From Pelomyxa schiedti (taxonomy: Eukaryota > Protista > Evosea): a stretch of 64,000 nucleotides of DNA. How positions within the stretch are numbered: the stretch's first letter is position 1; each line of letters begins with the position of its first letter. This document shows, piece by piece, positions 61,118-64,000 of this stretch. The notes beneath the pieces are model-generated. The model was not told where the DNA came from, ran no database searches, and saw only the letters and a program-made list of their open reading frames with translations. The stretch covers positions 62,001 to 126,000 of the forward strand of contig JAHLWZ010000291.1 of the NCBI GenBank assembly GCA_020536535.1. The letters run 5' to 3'. Made by a program: the position numbers and the translations under genes.

Positions 61118-64000
61118 AAGGAAGGAAAACCATTGAGTTTGCTGTTTGCACTTCGTCACTGAGTTTTGTTATTAGAGTTTGTGCACTCTGCAGGGAAGAA
61201 GATAAAGCAGATATTTGCTCTTGAGATTGTTCAAGTTGTGTTGTATGCAAGTTGTTTATTCTTGCATGAAGTTCGCTACTGTTTTTCTGTTCTTCAGCCA
61301 GTTTTGACTTCAAGCATTCAATTTCTTGATGTCTTTTTTCCTCTTTGTTTGGTTTTTTTTAATGGAATTCAGGAGTAGATACTGTTCTGTTAATCGTTCA
61401 GCAGAGGCCTCTGCTTCGAGTAAGGAGATCTAATTTCAAATGAGAATAAGGATAAGTTAAGAGTTGTACTTTTTTCTTGGCAAGTTCAAGATCATTGGAT
61501 AATTTATTTATGGTTTCTTGGGCATCCGAGGAGGGTTTGGGAGGAAGTGACAGGCTATATTGTATTGTTTTATTTTCCTTTTAAAAGAAAGGGGTTGCTA
61601 TGCGTGATACCTTTCTGTGGAGTTTGTTAGTAAGCTTTTCCAGTATACAAGTTCTTCAGTGAGAGCATGTTTTTCTGCTTCCAAAGTACTACATTTCTTT
61701 GTCTGCTATGCATGAAAAAAAGCTGACGTAAAAACAATTGCACACAGTAGTCTCCAATTGAAGCTCACAATCTCTCAACCTAGTAGAGTACCGCACAGCA
61801 GGGCTTACGGACTTGACCTTGTTGTTTAGTGTTGTTTATTGAAATGCCTCCCTCAAGATCTTTCAAAATAGTTTCACTATTAATGAAGGGGTTTTTGACA
61901 CACTAACTCCCCTGCAGCCTTCTCGAAGAGCTTGGCCTTTTCGCTCACGGACACTGCGGGAGACTTAAAAAAAACCAAAGGAACACGGTTTGTGGGGTTC
62001 TCATGGCACTTATGATGACATACCCTCCGACGTCCTCAGCGTTGATGCCATACTGGCTTCTCACCTCGGTTTCTTTTTGGGCCAATTTTTTTCTGAGCCC
62101 CTGATTTCGCAAACCCAAGGTGTATTTTTGGGAACGAAGCCCATTTCTCGTTACCGGTTCTGTTTTCCTTAAAAGGCGGACTCGTCTTTTTGTTGTTGTT
62201 CTGTCTTTGGTGCCGGTTCGGGTGCCGTTTCGTCCTCTACGATATCAACTTGTCCTTCTTCCTCGTCTTCCTCCTCATCGTCGTCCTCATCATCACCCTC
62301 TTCTTCTTCCTCCTCCTCCTCTTCGTCGTCCTCATCCTCTTCAGTGACATTGTCCTTGGCATTGAGATTGGTTTTGGTTTTGGTTGTGACGTCACCGACG
62401 GGCGCAGTTGCTTGTTCTTTTGGGTGCCCTGTGGGCTCCTTTTTGGCCTGTGGCTCGCGGCCTGGTGCCTCGTGATTGGTGTCATTTGTCTGGTTGTTGG
62501 TTGGTGTTGTATTCACAGGGGAACGTGACACTGCCACTTTCCCACTGGGTTGTGATGAGTGGAGTGCGGTTGAAGTGGGGTTGGGGTTATGTACGGAATT
62601 CTGATTGGCTGATGAAGCCGGCTTTGGTGTTGCTGGTTTTGTATCACATGTAATTATTGTGGTGGCAGTGGCAGTGGCAGTGGTTGTGCTTGTGCTTGTT
62701 GTGGTGGTGGTAACTGTTGCGGTTGCGGTTGCATCTCTGGGTGTGGAGGTTGGAGGCTTGTTGGGTCTATTCCTAGATGAGGAAAGTAGCTGGATTGAGG
62801 TATGAGAGGCAGATTTGGGTAGCTGAGCTGCACTGTTAATTTCTGGTTTGAATTCTAGGGGTGTGGGGGTTGTAGCTTTGTGCGAATCGGAAGATATTGA
62901 GGGTTGTTTAGCATGGGGTGTATGTGGTGTTGTGGCACTGACAGAACTCTGTTTAGGTGAAATGGGAGGGGCCATTTTAGGTGAAGGTAGAGCGGTATTT
63001 ACAGGGTTAGAGAGTGGCGCATCTATAGTAAATACAACCGCAGCAGTTTTCTGAGCTACGGGTATGGAAGTTGAAGTTTTGGGTGACTGTACATCTTGAA
63101 TGTGGGACTTGGAGTGGGATTTGGGAAGACGTATTTCCCCACACAAAGATGATGAAGATGCTGGTCTAGAGGTACCTCTTGGAGAGGGGGGTTTAGGGGA
63201 AATTTTTAGTTGCGTACCTTCTTGGGAGGATGGTGACGTATGGGCCGTACTTGTAACAGAGCCGGGTATTGGTGCTAGATGACTTTTGGGTGTTGTAGGG
63301 GTTGGGTTTTCCTGAAGGCGGGTTGCTGTGACTTTAGGTGAGCTTAAATTTGGTGTTGCTGGCTTTTTTGTGCTGGCGTCTTGCTCGACAACTTTTGGTG
63401 GTGGTGACTGGCTGGCAGCTTCACGTGTTGATGTGGAAATCTCTTCGACTTTAGAAGGTTTTGGAGTACTTGGTTTGGTATGTTTCGGGGTAGGCAAAGG
63501 AGAACTTGGTGGTTTGGGAGTACCTGGCTTGGTGTGTGGGCTCTCTGGCACTGTGATAGGGGCATCAGGATTTTTCCTGTTTTGAGGCGAGTCTTTTGTT
63601 GTGTTCTGAGACTCGGCCTTTGCATTACTTGGCTTTGGGGAGGAAAGTTCTCTCACAGACTTTGGAGTTGATGGCTTGGAGACTATAAGTGTACCCCTGG
63701 GTGAGGTGGTATTTGTATTTCCTTTGGCAGTTGGGGTATTTGGCATTGCAGATGAGCCTTTGGCATTATGAGCTTTGGTAGTAGTAACGCCTGAGATTTC
63801 CTCTCCCTTCATTGGACCACTTGGCTTGCTTGAAGCTAACAATTGGTGTAATTTCAAACACAAAGTCACCCACTCGAGAAGTATATATATGAAAGGGGAT
63901 GCCTGAAGAGCTTCCTCTGGATTTAAACCTTACAAGGTTATTTAAGGCTTATCATTTTACTGTACATTGTATCTGTTGCTCCACCCAGTTGCCATTATTT
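57835..64000 (-). CDS. DH-PH RhoGEF with long coiled coil and Pro/Ser/Thr-rich plus acidic N-terminal region (probably 5' partial)
   Basis: EDSYLKGIDTLINVFIKP, VYTMYVQNYENA, LDIFAFLILPVQRIPRYVMLL, PH LILFNDLLMATK..KAEWMNII. The reading frame stays open toward the window end. Confidence 0.88.
61070..61115. repeat. 46-nt poly(A) tract (poly-T in a RhoGEF intron)
   Basis: Directly visible. Confidence 0.9.

Noticed and set aside
1-64000. Alternative genetic code, prokaryotic operons, CRISPR arrays, intact transposons, rRNA
   Set aside because: ORF fragmentation is explained by short introns. No repeat-spacer array, transposase/RT or rRNA motifs were seen.

Overview
Gene-dense eukaryotic DNA read with the standard genetic code, carrying about 28 protein-coding loci (2 of them degenerate). 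Genes are broken by many very short spliceosomal introns (typically 40-75 nt, GT-AG, often with CTAAC/TTAAC branch sites), so the ORF track is fragmentary. All gene models below were spliced by eye. The gene content (Entamoeba-style transmembrane TKL kinases, LRR-DSP phosphatase, Niban-like protein, bacterial-type nitroreductase) suggests an intron-rich amoebozoan, possibly an anaerobic archamoeba; this is inference only. Housekeeping genes include UTP23, DDI1, a TAF13/Spt3-like protein, cereblon, an arrestin, a RhoGEF, a VPS9 GEF and a class IV aminotransferase. The standout findings are: (1) an intron-containing, signal-peptide-bearing homologue of Bacillus Tpp/Toxin_10 (Bin/Cry35-type) pore-forming toxins, next to other bacterial-type genes; (2) a Parkin-like protein with order RING0-RING1-IBR-Ubl and no catalytic RING2; (3) several unusual fusions (macrodomain-RRM, beta-thymosin-sirtuin, Niban-PX-RS, F-box-multipass membrane protein, ankyrin-F-box); (4) a syntaxin with no transmembrane helix ending in CCCCFC; (5) a decayed Crinkler-type nuclease-kinase; (6) a divergent pair of tRNA-like Pol III elements. 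No database searches were run; family calls rest on recognised motifs.
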